Shown: in pieces, positions 36,901-49,284 of the stretch
Numbering within the stretch: position 1 is the stretch's first letter
Layout of the letters: each line of letters begins with the position of its first letter
Source of the DNA: Chrysemys picta bellii
Lineage: Eukaryota
Direction of reading: 5' to 3'
Length of the DNA: 64,000 bases
Assembly: GCF_011386835.1 (NCBI RefSeq)
Contig: NC_088792.1
Span: forward strand, 53,630,001-53,694,000
Program-made: the position numbers and the translations under genes
Notes under the pieces: model-generated
Told to the model about the DNA's origin: nothing
What the model saw: the letters and a program-made list of their open reading frames with translations, nothing else
Database searches by the model: none

Positions 36901-37859
36901 AAAGGAGTATGGGGCCATAAGTACTGGGGTTAGTGACTTTGCATTGAGAATACGGAGGCAGGTTGTAGCTAGTTAAATAGGGGAGGTTGTCACTCTGTGT
37001 TGGTTTTCAGAGAGTGGCAGAAGAGGCCACAGGAGGAGCTTGTTGGGGAAAGTCTGCTGGTGCAGAAGACAACCATGAGCACATATGAGACACTTCCAGA
37101 GCACCTTTTTCTTGGCTGGAGCCCCCCCACAGAGCAGACTCCATCTTGGCCATGAGGACGCTATAGTTACACAAAGCTTATTTCAATTATGATAGTACCC
37201 ACAGGCCTCAATCAGACTTGTGGGCCCCATTGTGCTTGCTGATGTACAAATGCGTAAGGAGATGTGGTCCTTTCTTGACCAGCATACAGTCTAAAGACAA
37301 AAAACACTCAAAGAGGAGTGGAAATGGGATACAAGATATAAGCAAAATTATCCTGGTTTTTCTTGCTAATTTCAGCTTTTGTTTTTCTTTTAACTTTTTT
37401 ATATATATATATTTATTACAGTTGTTTAGTTTTATGATCTGCTTGAGGTCGTTCAGGGACTGTTGATGTTAAAGAGAGAGGGAAATTGAGGGATAAGGAG
37501 TTGGGGTATGTCTACACTACGAAATTACTCCGATTTTACAGAAGTCGATTTTTGGGAACAGATTGTATAAAGTCGAGTGCATGTGTCCACATTAATTCGG
37601 CGGTGTGCATCCACAGTACCGTGGCAAGCGTCGATATTCTGAGTGGTGCACAGTGGTAGCTATCCCACATTTCCCGCAGTCCCCGCTGCCCATTGGAATT
37701 CTGGGTTGAGCTCCCAATGCCTGATGGGCCCAAAAATTTGTCACGGGTGGGTATGGGTAAATGTCATCAGTCAACCCTCCCTCTGTGAAAGCAACGGCAG
37801 ACAATCATTTCGCGCCCTTTTCCCTGGATTGCCCGAGCAGACGCCATAGCACGGCAAGC

Positions 37860-39155
37860 ATGGAGCCCGTTCAGCTCACCGCAGCAGTTATGAGCATTGT
37901 AAACACTTCGTGCATTATCGTGCAGTTTATGCAGAACCAGTAGCTGAAAAACCAGGCTAGGAGGCGAAGACAGCTCGGTGATGAGAGTGATGAGGTCATG
38001 GACACAGACTTCTCTCAAAGCGCGGGCCCCGGCAATGTGGACATCATGGTGTTAACAGGGCAGGTTCATGCTGTGGAATGCCGATTCTGGGCCCGGGAAA
38101 CAAGCACAGACTGGTGGGATCGCATAGTGTTGCAGGTCTGGGATGATTCCCAGTGGCTCCGAAACTTTCGCATGCGTAAGGGCACTTTCATGAAACTTTG
38201 TTACTTGCTTTCCCCTGCCCTGAACCGCAAGAATACCAAGATGAGAGCAGACCTCACAGTTCACAAGCAAGTGACGATAGCCCTCTGGAAGCTTGCAATG
38301 CCAGACAGCTACCGGTCAATCAGGAATCAATTTGGAGTGGGCAAATCTACTTTGGGGGTTGCTGTCATGCAAGTAGCCAATGCAATCACTGAGCTGCTGC
38401 TATCAAAGGTAGTACCTCTGGGAAATGTGCAGGTCATAGTAGATGGCTTTGCTGCAATGGGATTTCCTAACTGTGATGTGGCGATAGACGGAATGTATAT
38501 CCCTACCTTGGGACCGGACCACCAAGCAGCCAGTACATAAACCGAAAGGGGTACTTTTCAATGGTGCTGCAAGCACTGGTGGATCACAAGGGACGTTTCA
38601 CCAACATCAACGTGGAATGGCTGGGAAAGTTTCATGACGCTCGCGTCTTCAGGAACTCTGGTCTGTTTAAATAGCTGCAGGAAGGGATTTATTTCCCAGA
38701 CCAGAAAATAACTGTTGGGGTTATGTTCAGTATATGAAATGCCTATAGTTATCCTTGGGGACCCAGCCTACCCCTTAATGCCCTGGCTCATGAAGCTGTA
38801 CACAGGCACCCAGGACAGTAGTAAGGAGCTGTTCAACTATAGGCTGAGCAAGTGCAGAATGGTGGTAGAGTGTGCATTTGGACGTTTGAAGGGTCGCTGG
38901 CGCAGTTTACTGACTCACTCAGACCTCAGCGAATCCAATATCCCCATTGTTGTTGTTGTTGTTTGCTGTGTGCTCCACAATCTCTGTGAGAGTAAGGGGG
39001 AGACATTTATGGCAGGGTGGGAGGTTGAGGCAAATCGCCTGGCCGCTGATTATGTGCAGCTAGACACCAGGGCAATTAGAAGAGCACATCAGGAAGCGCT
39101 GCGCATCAGAGAAGCTTTGAAAACCAGTTTCATGACTGGCCAGGGTACCGTGTGA
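37860..39155 (+). pseudogene. Harbinger transposase (HARBI1-like DDE nuclease), disrupted
   Basis: ATG at 37860, stop at 37941-37943, frameshift near 38530. Motifs WLRNFRM, VAIDG, YINRKGYFS, LQALVDHKGRF, ILGDPAYPL and RMVVECAFGRLKGRWR are present. Confidence 0.9.
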
Positions 39156-39316
39156 CAGTTCTGTTTGTTTCTCCTTGATGAAAACCCGCCCCCTTGGTTA
39201 ACTCTAATTCCCTGGAAGCCAACTGCCCTCCCCTCTTCGATCACAGCTTGGAAATAGTCACTATCGTTTAAAAACATGTATTCTTTATTAATTGATTATA
39301 AAAATAGGGAGATAAC

Positions 39317-39837
39317 TCACAAGGTAGCCCAGGTGGGGTGTGGGAGGACGGGAGGAGGGAAGGAAAAGGCCACTTCCATACTTGTTGAATGACAGCCTTC
39401 TGTCCACTGAGGTGGAGTGGTTGGGTGCCCAGAGCCTTCTCCCTCCCCACCCCCCGCACACATTCTTGGGCATCTGGGTGAGGATTCAGCTATGGAACTT
39501 GGGGAGGAGGGAGGGTGGTTAAACAGGGGCTGCAGCGTCAGTGTCTCTAGCTGACGTTCTTGAACCTCCACCAGACGCCGGATCATGTCCGTTTGTTCCC
39601 ACAGTAGCCCCTGCGTTGCATCCTGCCTCCTCTGATCTTCCTGCCGCCAGCTCTCCTCACGTTCACTGACCACTTTCCTGTCCTGTGCTATTGTGTCCCT
39701 CCACACTTTCTGCTGAGCTCTTTCAGCGCGGGACGCATGCATGAGCTCAGAGAACATTTCATTGCATGTGCGTTTTTTTCGCTGCCTTATCTGAGATAGC
39801 CTTTGGGATGGAGGAGGGAGGCTTGAAACATTTGCAG
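39317..39837 (-). pseudogene. Harbinger partner gene, C-terminal coiled-coil exon
   Basis: Minus-strand acceptor tttttttcctcccgcag, then ...RLSQIRQRKKRTCNEMFSELMHAS...RRLVEVQERQ. No Myb/SANT domain visible. Confidence 0.65.
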
Positions 39838-42800
39838 CTGCGGGAGGAAAAAAAGGGAGATAAGTATTTAAAAAGATACATTTTACAGAACAATAGGTAT
39901 ACTCTTTCACGGTGAACAACACTATTCACATTACATAGCACATGTGATTTCGGTACAAGGTCATTTTTTGCATCTTATATTGGGTGCCTGCGGTTTTGGT
40001 GTTAGAAATAAAACATGCCGGGCAACAGAATGCAGCTTGCAGGCGGCCATGGCAAGCCATAGTCTTTCGGCTTCTGTAACCTTCATAACAGCAGCGCCCT
40101 CCTTTCCCATTCCAAGCAAAGCCCATTGAGTTGTCCATTTAGGGCTGCAGTTTTCATGTTAACGTGCAGGAGCAGAAATCAAACTAACCCCCCACCCCCG
40201 CCATCCTTTTCTCTGGGATGACCGCTTTAACCCTCCCCCCACCGCACCGCGTGGCTGGTATCAGGGAAGATCCCTGCTGGCCAAACCCGAACAGCTCAGC
40301 GCCAAAAGCTCGGGGCTTTTCCTGTCTACCTGGCCAGTGCATCCGAGTTCAGATTGCTGTCCAGAGCGGTCACAATGGTGCACTGTGGGATAGCTCTCGG
40401 AGGCCAATACTGTCGATTTGTGACCACATTAACCCTAATTCGAACCGGCAATGTTGATTTCAGCGCTTCACCCCTCGTCGGGGAGGAGTACAGAAATCTA
40501 TTTTAAGAGCCCTTTATGTCGACAAAAATGGCTTCGTTGTGTGGACGGGTGCAGGGTTAATTCGATTTAACGCTGCTAAATTGGACCTAAACTCATAGTG
40601 TAGACCAGGCCTTAGATTGGGAAAAAGAAGGGAAGTGGAAGCAAAGGCGGGTGAGAAGTGTAATGGACAAGGAGGGTCAGACTGGACATCTGGTAGATTA
40701 AAATACTGGGAGAGGGGTGGGATAGAAAAGTATCTAATGGCAATACAGCAAATGCGGTGGGGGCGGGGCGGAGGGAGGAAGCTGATGATGTCCACTGATA
40801 GCAAAAGCTCTTTCTGTTTGCTACTGCTGTTCCCGTGGGAGGGAAGACGGGTGGACCAAATAATTAAAAGCATTATTTGTAGGCTTGGCAGAATTCATTT
40901 TTTAAAAATAATTTCAATGGATAATATCAATGTTTATTTTTAAGAATTGTGTTGGTTTCTTATTGATTTAGATTTCTTTCAATTTTTATTGATTTAAATT
41001 TTCACAGTTGTGAGAAAGTATGAGGGAGGTCAGAAGATGCTGAGATTCAAAAACTTAAAGCTTTCAAACAAATTGTCAACATCACATGCCAAAATATGCA
41101 AAGTAAATATCCTTAAATTAAACTCTGATACATTCTCAAGCCACGTTTTTCTTACTTTGTGTATCTGTAAATTTTTATTCTTTTTGATGGAAGTATTTTT
41201 TGTCAGTTTGTGTGTGTGTGGTGAAACTGGTAGAAAGCAACCATAGTGACAAACAGCAACAAAGTAGTATATAAAATAATTTAAAAGTTCCTTACATGTA
41301 GATTTCTAACTGAAATGTAATTCTCTTCCCTCTATTCTTCAGCCTTAAGAAACTGGCTTCATGTTTTAAAAAGGAACTTTTCTTTGCATAACTCTAAAGA
41401 GGAACAATTTGTTTTCTACTTTGCTAACATTAAAAGTCATTGTTAGTAACTTTAGCTCCCAATTCATTACTCTAGTCATGTTTTCAAAGCCTGGTGTAGG
41501 AGATAAACCCTTAGCAAATGAAGACAGCATCCATTTTCCTTGTACCTCAGGCCACACAGAATTGATTGGGGTAATAAAATGACAGTAGCTTGTAATGTAC
41601 TGACGGCTCTCTAATTTGAAAACTAGTTCTAGCCTGATTCAAAGCTTGTTTAAAGCCAATTTATGACTTGCATAAATTTCAACTACACCAGAATAAAAGA
41701 TGATGTATGAAAATTGATACAGAGTTAACATGACATATTCAAACCTGCCATGCTGAAGTCACCTCCTGTGGGGAGTTTTTAGGAATTTTTTGTTTGGTTG
41801 GTTGGTTTGGTTGTTTGAAGTAGCAGTGGCAGAAGAGTAATTGTTAAAGTTCTGCTTGGCATAAATATCATTGTAAACTACAGTCTACATTTCCCGTCAT
41901 CTTGTTTCAAATATAGCTTTGTAATCTTTCTGTATGTCTAAATAATGTGGTATAAGCACATGTTTATATTATGCTTTGAAGAGTCAGTTCTTCATTTCCT
42001 TCATCAGAATGAAAGTGTATCTAGGGCTTCTGTTCTGTACAATTTAACAGCTGCTGTGACTTTAGTAGAGACTGAGAGATAAATATGGTGTGTTGTTACC
42101 CTAGATCTCCCTGTATACTCTATATTTGCTAGCTATATTTGAATGTCAGCATTTTCATTATAAATCCTACTTTGGTTGGGTGGTGAGATAGTCATAGGTA
42201 CAATGTTTCGCACTAGGCTAAAACTTAGCCCCTCGTTTAACATTCATGTGTGTGTGTGTGTAAGAGAGATGAGTGTTCTGAGACGCATGACTCATCCCTG
42301 AGCCTGAGTGTTCTGAGCCTAATGAGATAATTTGACATAATTACCTGTGAATCCCAATCCACAAGCAAGGGCAGGAGTATAGGCTCCTAAAGAAAGGAGC
42401 CACTCCAGTCTGCTCAGTGTTGCTGTCTTGTTGAGTGTGGGGGTCACTAGTAGTTCTGATAAACTACCCATGCCAGGAGCTGCAGAAGCTCCCCAAAAGT
42501 GGGGAGCCACTGGTGCCCAAACCATGGCCCTGCCCACATGCCACTCCCTGAACCCCCACCCTAGCACCACTCCTTCCTCTGAGGCCCCACCCCCACACTG
42601 CCTCTTCCCCCCAAGATCCTGCCCCCACCTGTTCATCCCTTCCCCTCAGCGCTCGTCCTTATAGCTGAAAAAAAATGGGGAGGGCCATGGCTCCCTGACC
42701 CCCCTGTTCCAGCACCCATGCCCCTGGGTCAGGCTGAACCTGCTCCTCCTCAAGCCATGGCTGGTTACCCAGCTTTCCTAACATATATGTGCAAAATATA

Positions 42801-44710
42801 TATACACAGTGTTGTTGGAAACAAACTTCAGGGCCTGAATATTTTGTTATCTTTTTAACATTAACAAGTATAAGACATGTACATATACTATCTATCCACA
42901 CATGTGTGTATTTTTATAAATTGTTCTCAGGAATGCTAAAAAGAAACAGACAAAAAATCAGGCCCTAAATTTGACCTACAGCATTATTACCACATAGTAG
43001 TGAATGTTCTCCTAGGTTGTATATATCTATTTTTTCTAAAATCTATCATTATTGTGAGGCTACATAAAACAGCCCACATCTATTCTAGAATCTCATTATT
43101 TCTGCATGTGCTACTAGTGCTATCATATCAATGATACTTCTGCACAGTAAAGAATACAAAAAGAAGCCATGTTACACTTTCTCATGTAACAGCTTCTGTT
43201 ACACTATGAGAAAACAAAAATATGCCCAATGGAAGGAAAAAAGTCGAGAGAGTTAATACTTTCAGTTCTCTAGGGGATTACATCAATGATTAAATACAAT
43301 AAAAAGTTGTCTGTAGTTTGAGGAACTGTCCACCATGGAAACTGCCATTCATTCTTTTTGTCCACAGGTCAGATACGGTTAGGTAACTGCAAGGTGATTT
43401 CCCACTTTCCCACCTTTCATGTTGTCAACTCTGGTCTCTGGTGACCTAAGCTTTTAAAACTGCCTCAAACTGTCTCACATCCAGAGTTAAATCAGCAATG
43501 CTTCTGTGTCTGGTGCCCCCTTTCCCCTCCAACCAACCCAAATTGTAAAGATACCAAGGATTGGATCACTGGTCTTTCCCCCCTAAAGATTTGGGTTTAA
43601 ATCTTGTCTACATAACAAGTGAAAATGACTCAGAGGTTTTATTCAAATATCTAGTAAATATTTGTCAATATGCCAGTAAAACCTCATAATTTCCCCCAAC
43701 TATTTGTTTTTATTTTTCCAGGACTGGAGTATCATAGTTGTTACAGATTAGAAGTATATGTGTTGATTGTTTACAGAAATGTGCATAATATTTGTACAAA
43801 CTGTGCTTGACTTAAGCCAATACCATCCTATTTTCTTAAATTTCATGAGCACTAATGTCAAAAGAGTCACAGTTAAAAATAAGAACATCTTTGTGTATAC
43901 ATGTAGAATGGCCACCTGTTTATCAAATGCTTCCTCTTCTAAATTAAATGCCAACCTAGTCATTAAAGATGAGTCCAAACAACCTTGAGCTCAGAGAAAG
44001 CTTGGATCTAGAGCAGAATTTTGCAACACTCTGGTGTTATTAACATAGATACTGTTGATTTTAACGGTAACTCCTCAAAAATGAAAGTATGGAGCATTCG
44101 CCATTTGTGTATATATGCTGAATTTATCCTGTAAAAGTAAACTGTAAAAGTAAATTTCAGTAAACTGGAAGCATCACTTCTTTAACAGTGATTTCCTTCC
44201 ATAATTTGTTCATTAATTTAATGAATACTATGGTCCATTAGAAGATATATATAATGGCTTCAGGATGCAGATATGTGGCCCTCCATATGTTGGTCAGAAA
44301 ATATAATGGTACTCTAATGAACCAAAATGTGCGTAAGCAACAAAATCTCTATCAAATAATTCAGATAATTAAGGCTTGCAAGTAGCAGTACAGTTGTTGT
44401 TTCTTTTCTTTCTATTAGAAATAAACAAATGAAAAGTCCTTCAGTACAGTGTAAAAATGACCATGTTGGGTTTCTTGCAGCCTTAGAATCCTAGAATTTA
44501 TCCTGCAGGGATGAGGGAGGAATAATTCTTTGAGTGGTTGCAGACATATATTCCATTCAGGAATGCTCACACCCAGGACACCAAAGCTAGAGAACTTTGC
44601 TTAGCAGTACTCATTGTTGGATACTGTATAACTTTGCTGGATACTAAAAATCACGGACTCAACATAAACACTGGTTTTATCTCTCATTCCAACTGTCTGT
44701 AACCCACTAA

Positions 44711-44947
44711 CTCTTCTTTGTCCTGTGACTACAGAGCTGTTAATTGTCCATTTCATCTTGAATGGTGTCTTGCGACATGTCTTAACAACTTCGGCGTAAT
44801 AATCTATTCTACCTTGTATTTAGCTGTGACATTGCGATTATCTGTCCCAGACCTGAAGAAGAACTTTGTGTGCCTCAAAAGCTTGTCTCTCTCACCAACA
44901 GAAGTTGGTCCAATAAAAGATATTACCTCCCCTATCCTGTATCTCTC
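44711..44947 (+). mobile_element. Penelope-like 3' terminal fragment (second family)
   Basis: ...cccagacctgaagaagaactttgtgtgcctcaaaagcttgtctctctcaccaacagaagttggtccaataaaagatattacc; homologous to 27168-27247. Confidence 0.72.
44849..44888 (+). ncRNA. Minimal hammerhead motif, decayed (G12 to A)
   Basis: AGAC CTGAAGA a gaactttgtgtgcctc aAA AGCT T GTCT. Stem I AGAC/GTCT pairs perfectly. Confidence 0.45.
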
Positions 44948-45614
44948 ATTTCACTACTATAGAGTGTGATCAGAAGAAACTGGTGCTAGAGTGCACAAGA
45001 GAGGAAAATAACTTTTTACGTGCTAGTTTTCTTATGGTATCTAAAATTAATGAATATTAATAACAATTGCAATTATTGTGAATATTCTTCGTAAAATGAG
45101 TTACCTTGTCCAAAATATGGGAAATCCTACAAATGATGGGTCTGTGTGTCTCTGTCTAACTTCCATGTGCATCAACAGAAGTTCCATGCATGGAATGGTT
45201 CCAGGACTGGGCCACAAATACTTTTTTTTTAATTGGGAGTGTTTGTTGTGGAAGTCACATGCATCGGCTAAACAACAGGAGTATCTAAAATGCTCACTAC
45301 TGCCTCTGCAGTCTAATTAGAAGCATCTTTGGCAAGTTCTGGAAAGTTTCCTATGTAGTTCTTCATGATGCAAGACCTTGTGGAAGGAGAAAAGACAAGA
45401 AATTCTGCAGAGTGGTTCTAGAGTGTTATGCATATCCACAGGAAAAGTGGAGAGGCAAAAAATTAATTCAGTAGAAGTTCTATTTTGATTAAAATACTTA
45501 TTCCAATTTACCTTTTTTTTTTTTTCCAATAGAGAGAGTTTTTGTCATAGGTCAGGTCTGAAGATTTCTTGATACATTTTAAACCTGTCGGTTGCTTATG
45601 ACGCTGATATAATC

Positions 45615-46085
45615 TAGGGTTGTCAATTAATCACAGTTAATGCATGCAATTAACTCAAAACAAATTAATGCATTATTTTTTTAATGAGCGTTAATCGCGC
45701 ACCAGGGCACCATGCTCAGCGAGGCGCCGCTGCATGCCTCCAGGGCAGGGATGCCCCTCCTCCCATCACCCAGCTCCACTGCTGCTGCTGCCTCCTCCCC
45801 TCTCCCCCCCACCAGAGTCGCTCCAGGCCAAGCTGCTCCAGATCAGGAGCCTGCCTCCTGTCTGCTGCGTAGGGCAGAGGGATTGATGTTGGGGTATCCC
45901 CCTCCCCCCACCCATGTACCAGGTCGCTGCTGAGCTGGGATCAGGGGACAGAGGGTCTGCTGCTGCTGCTGGCTCAGGGGTGAGTTCTGCTGATAGCAGC
46001 TGCTGCTGACTCAAAAAGCATTCAGGCTCCTGAGTGCTCTGCTTAAAGAGACAGCCCTCCCGCAACACAGTCTGTCTGTCTGTCT

Positions 46086-46116
<31 letters not shown>

Positions 46117-46265
46117 TCTCTTCCCCCCCAACATCCAAAAATATTTTAATAAATGGTATTCTATTATTGTTTAACAGTGTGATTAAAACTATGATTAATC
46201 ACTACTATTTTTTAAATCTCGCAATTAATCATGATTAATTATTTTTTAACCATTGGACAGCCCTA
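45615..46265. mobile_element. hAT-type non-autonomous element
   Basis: TIRs tagggttgtc / gacagcccta. Perfect 8-bp TSD atataatc (45607-45614, 46266-46273). Repeated gattaa/ttaatc subterminal motifs. Confidence 0.87.
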
Positions 46266-48186
46266 ATATAATCCTTTCAATTTATTGGCACACATGGACC
46301 TTATCTAAAATTCCCACTCATGAGTACTATCACTCAATAACTTGTTTTATTTTTACTAGGATGGGGACCCTAGTATAGACAAGACTCCAGCTTCTTCTGG
46401 CTTTTTTACCACTTTGTCAATTAAACATGCACAGGAGCAGTTGTCCTCAGAAACCTGGTTTGAAATATATATATATTGACTCCCTATAAAATTTGAAAGC
46501 TGTGCTTCACATGTCCTCTGTCTAGTTCAAGCTGGCTCTGGTTGATCCTGAGGTGTCTCACACTTTTCTTCAAATTCCATACTACTGTTAAGAGTTAACC
46601 GTGTTGACTGTTATGTCACCTTAACAAGCCAGTGCAACAGGACTGTGAGAAGTGTTTATCAGTTCCATTCCTGCAGGTTGATGGTCATCTGGCTGCTCCC
46701 CCACCTCATCTCCTTCCCTAGAAAAAGGCATTGGACCAGCCAATTGCTCCTTAAGAGGACAGTTTAATATATAGAAGAGTGGCCCAGACCTGTTGTTGGG
46801 CTCTTTGTGTTTTGCAAGAGGAGATGCTCCATACTAGCTAAGAGAGGAAAATCTGTGGAAGCCTGGCTCTGTTGGGAAAGGAGTTCATAGCTGATATTCA
46901 GATTTGGTTGGTATTTGGGAGTCAACATCATCTGAACTATAGGAGTCTGAAATATTAATATTACCCATATCTGTTGTCATATTTGACTTATTCAGAGCTA
47001 GAGGACACTATTTTTAAATCATATTTTATTATTTTTACCCCACCTTTCTTAGTAATAATAACATTGCATCACTAACCTCATCACAGTTAGTGGCACCAAA
47101 TTAAATAATGTATTGGGACACAAATGACAGGCAAAATCTAGGGAGCTAGGAGTCACCTGGACCAAGAAGCCTGCCCAAGCACAGCATTTTTCTCCAACAG
47201 AAGCTGGTGTCTCCTTCCTCCGTCAGAGCAGAGAAGATCTTGCTGCTGCAAACAGTCATTGAGCTGCCAAAGGCACAGATCTGAAAAGAACAGCAACTCC
47301 TCTCTCCCAAAATGGAAGAGGAAACTAATTGACTGGCAATCATACTAATTAGCTTTCTGGTCTTCAAAGAGGAGACAAGCAAGAACAGCAATTCAAGTCA
47401 GTCTGCTGCCAGTGGAATCAGCAGCCTAGCATAGCATAGTCACTCCAAGAAACAGCCACTGGGAGGAGATTAGCCAGTAGCCAATTTGAGCAGAAACAGA
47501 GTCAGCGCTAGGCATAAGCAGACTAAAAATTACTTAGGGCCCCGAGCAGCTCAAGGGGGCTTCCTGTTTGCTTTTTATTATGTGTTTGGTGGGGGGGGGG
47601 AGGGAGGTAAAATATTCCTGCTTAGGGATCCCAACCCAGTCGGTTATCCTATTGTGCTATAGAGGCATGAAAAGGAAAGCAAACGCTTAGTACTGTGCTA
47701 TAGGTACTGCTTTTTGTAGTTTTCTCAGCATATTCAGCTACTCTGCTACTGAAAGTCTTTGAGCAGCTGAGTGTGGTAGGTTGAGAGAGCAGTGCTTTTA
47801 TCTGTGTCACAGAAATATTTGAATTGGAAGGCACATCTTCTTGGGTTATCTAGTTTTTCTTCCTCTTGCATTGTTACAGAACTGATATTCGTATCTCTAA
47901 ACCTTCCCTGAGGGATGGGTGTTAGACTAACTTAATATTCTCATTGATGGGATTCTGCGTTCTCCACTAGCAGCTTCTCCTCTAGTTGTTCTTATAAAAG
48001 ATCCTCCTGGTGCTTAGCGTAAATTTTCCTCACTGAAGTTTAAGCTGGTAGGATATAGAATGGGACAGGATATTCAAATCCTCTACTTGTAAGCCATTAA
48101 GGGAGTTGGGTAAAGAAAGGGAGGCAATGGACTGAAGAACCGTATTTTATCTTGGTATTGTAATTTTTTTGCTCAGTGTCCTGCTT

Positions 48187-48283
48187 CTCCTACAGGGATT
48201 CAACAAACCATTTATATTTGCCTATAGAGACCCTGTAGGTCTCTATAGGCAAATATAAATGGTTTGTTGAATCCCTGTAGGAG
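48187..48283. repeat. Perfect 46-bp inverted repeat with 5-nt spacer
   Basis: 48187-48232 is the exact reverse complement of 48238-48283. Spacer ctgta. Confidence 0.97.
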
Positions 48284-49284
48284 GCTCATTCGCAATCCTA
48301 AAGACTTCTCTCATGCTCTCCAACCTCCATGGGGAAAAAAAAATAAACACCCTCCCGCTACTCATTCCTTCATCTCAGAGATTCCATGATCCCGATGCTG
48401 GAATGGGCAGATCTTGTTTCTCAAACCAGGGAACTGAAAATCAGTTTTAAACGGACTACTATAAATATATAAAAATACTCAATGCAATTTTTCTCTTGTT
48501 TTCAGTTTTCCAGTTACAAGGATCTGAATGTTGCTCTCTCTTTTTTTTTTTTTTTTTAATCAGAGAACACCAACATAGGAAGCAATCCTAAGGGTAGTTA
48601 CAACATATAAATAGCCCTCCCTGAAAGCATAACAAAGGATCTGGTTATGAGCAAAAATGTGAATGAGTGTTTGTCCCAGACCGTTCACCTCTTGCCTTTT
48701 GAATATATATTCAGGGAGTTCAAACAGATGTATTGGGCTAAATTGCAAACACTGTGTCAACATAAAACTTGAATTTATTTTTTCTAGAGGTCATTATCTT
48801 GGAGAAAGTCAGTAATGAGCATCTCAGCTTGCAATTTCCGAGAGTGCATTGCTTGATATCCTTGCAATTAATGGCTCTAGAGAGAAGGAAAGTGGTATAT
48901 CAAAAGCACATATTCTGTGTTTTATGTGATGACATCTAAAATAACTTTTGTAATGAGCATTATAACAAATACAGTACAATTGGCGCAGATTTATAGAATT
49001 GTTCCATATTTTAAAATGTTGCAATCTATGCAGTTATCAAACCCACAGTATCAACTAGTGGAGATGTTTAAAGTGCTTTTAATTTTGGCCAGCCTAATGT
49101 AGATACGTGTATATTGGAGGATAAACCAAAGGGTAATATTGAAAATAAAATGCAGATTTACTAAGAGTTCCTCCCTCACATAGGACTACCTGACTGCAGA
49201 GTTATTATAGCTTAGGAAATGATGCTTCAAAACAGACAAATACCAAGACATGCTAGTTAAGCTAAGATAGCTAAAATGAACACA

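Larger units (their letters stand above)
37504..40611 (+). mobile_element. PIF/Harbinger DNA transposon, two convergent genes, degenerate
   Basis: TIRs gggtatgtctacacta / tagtgtagaccaggcc. 3-bp flanks ttg / tta (TTA-type TSD, one mismatch). Subterminal inverted motif agctatcccaca (37658) / tgtgggatagct (40384). DDE transposase on + and partner-gene exon on -. Confidence 0.92.

Noticed and set aside
42470-42725. GC-rich block resembling a hAT MITE
   Set aside because: Left TIR and TSD could not be matched.
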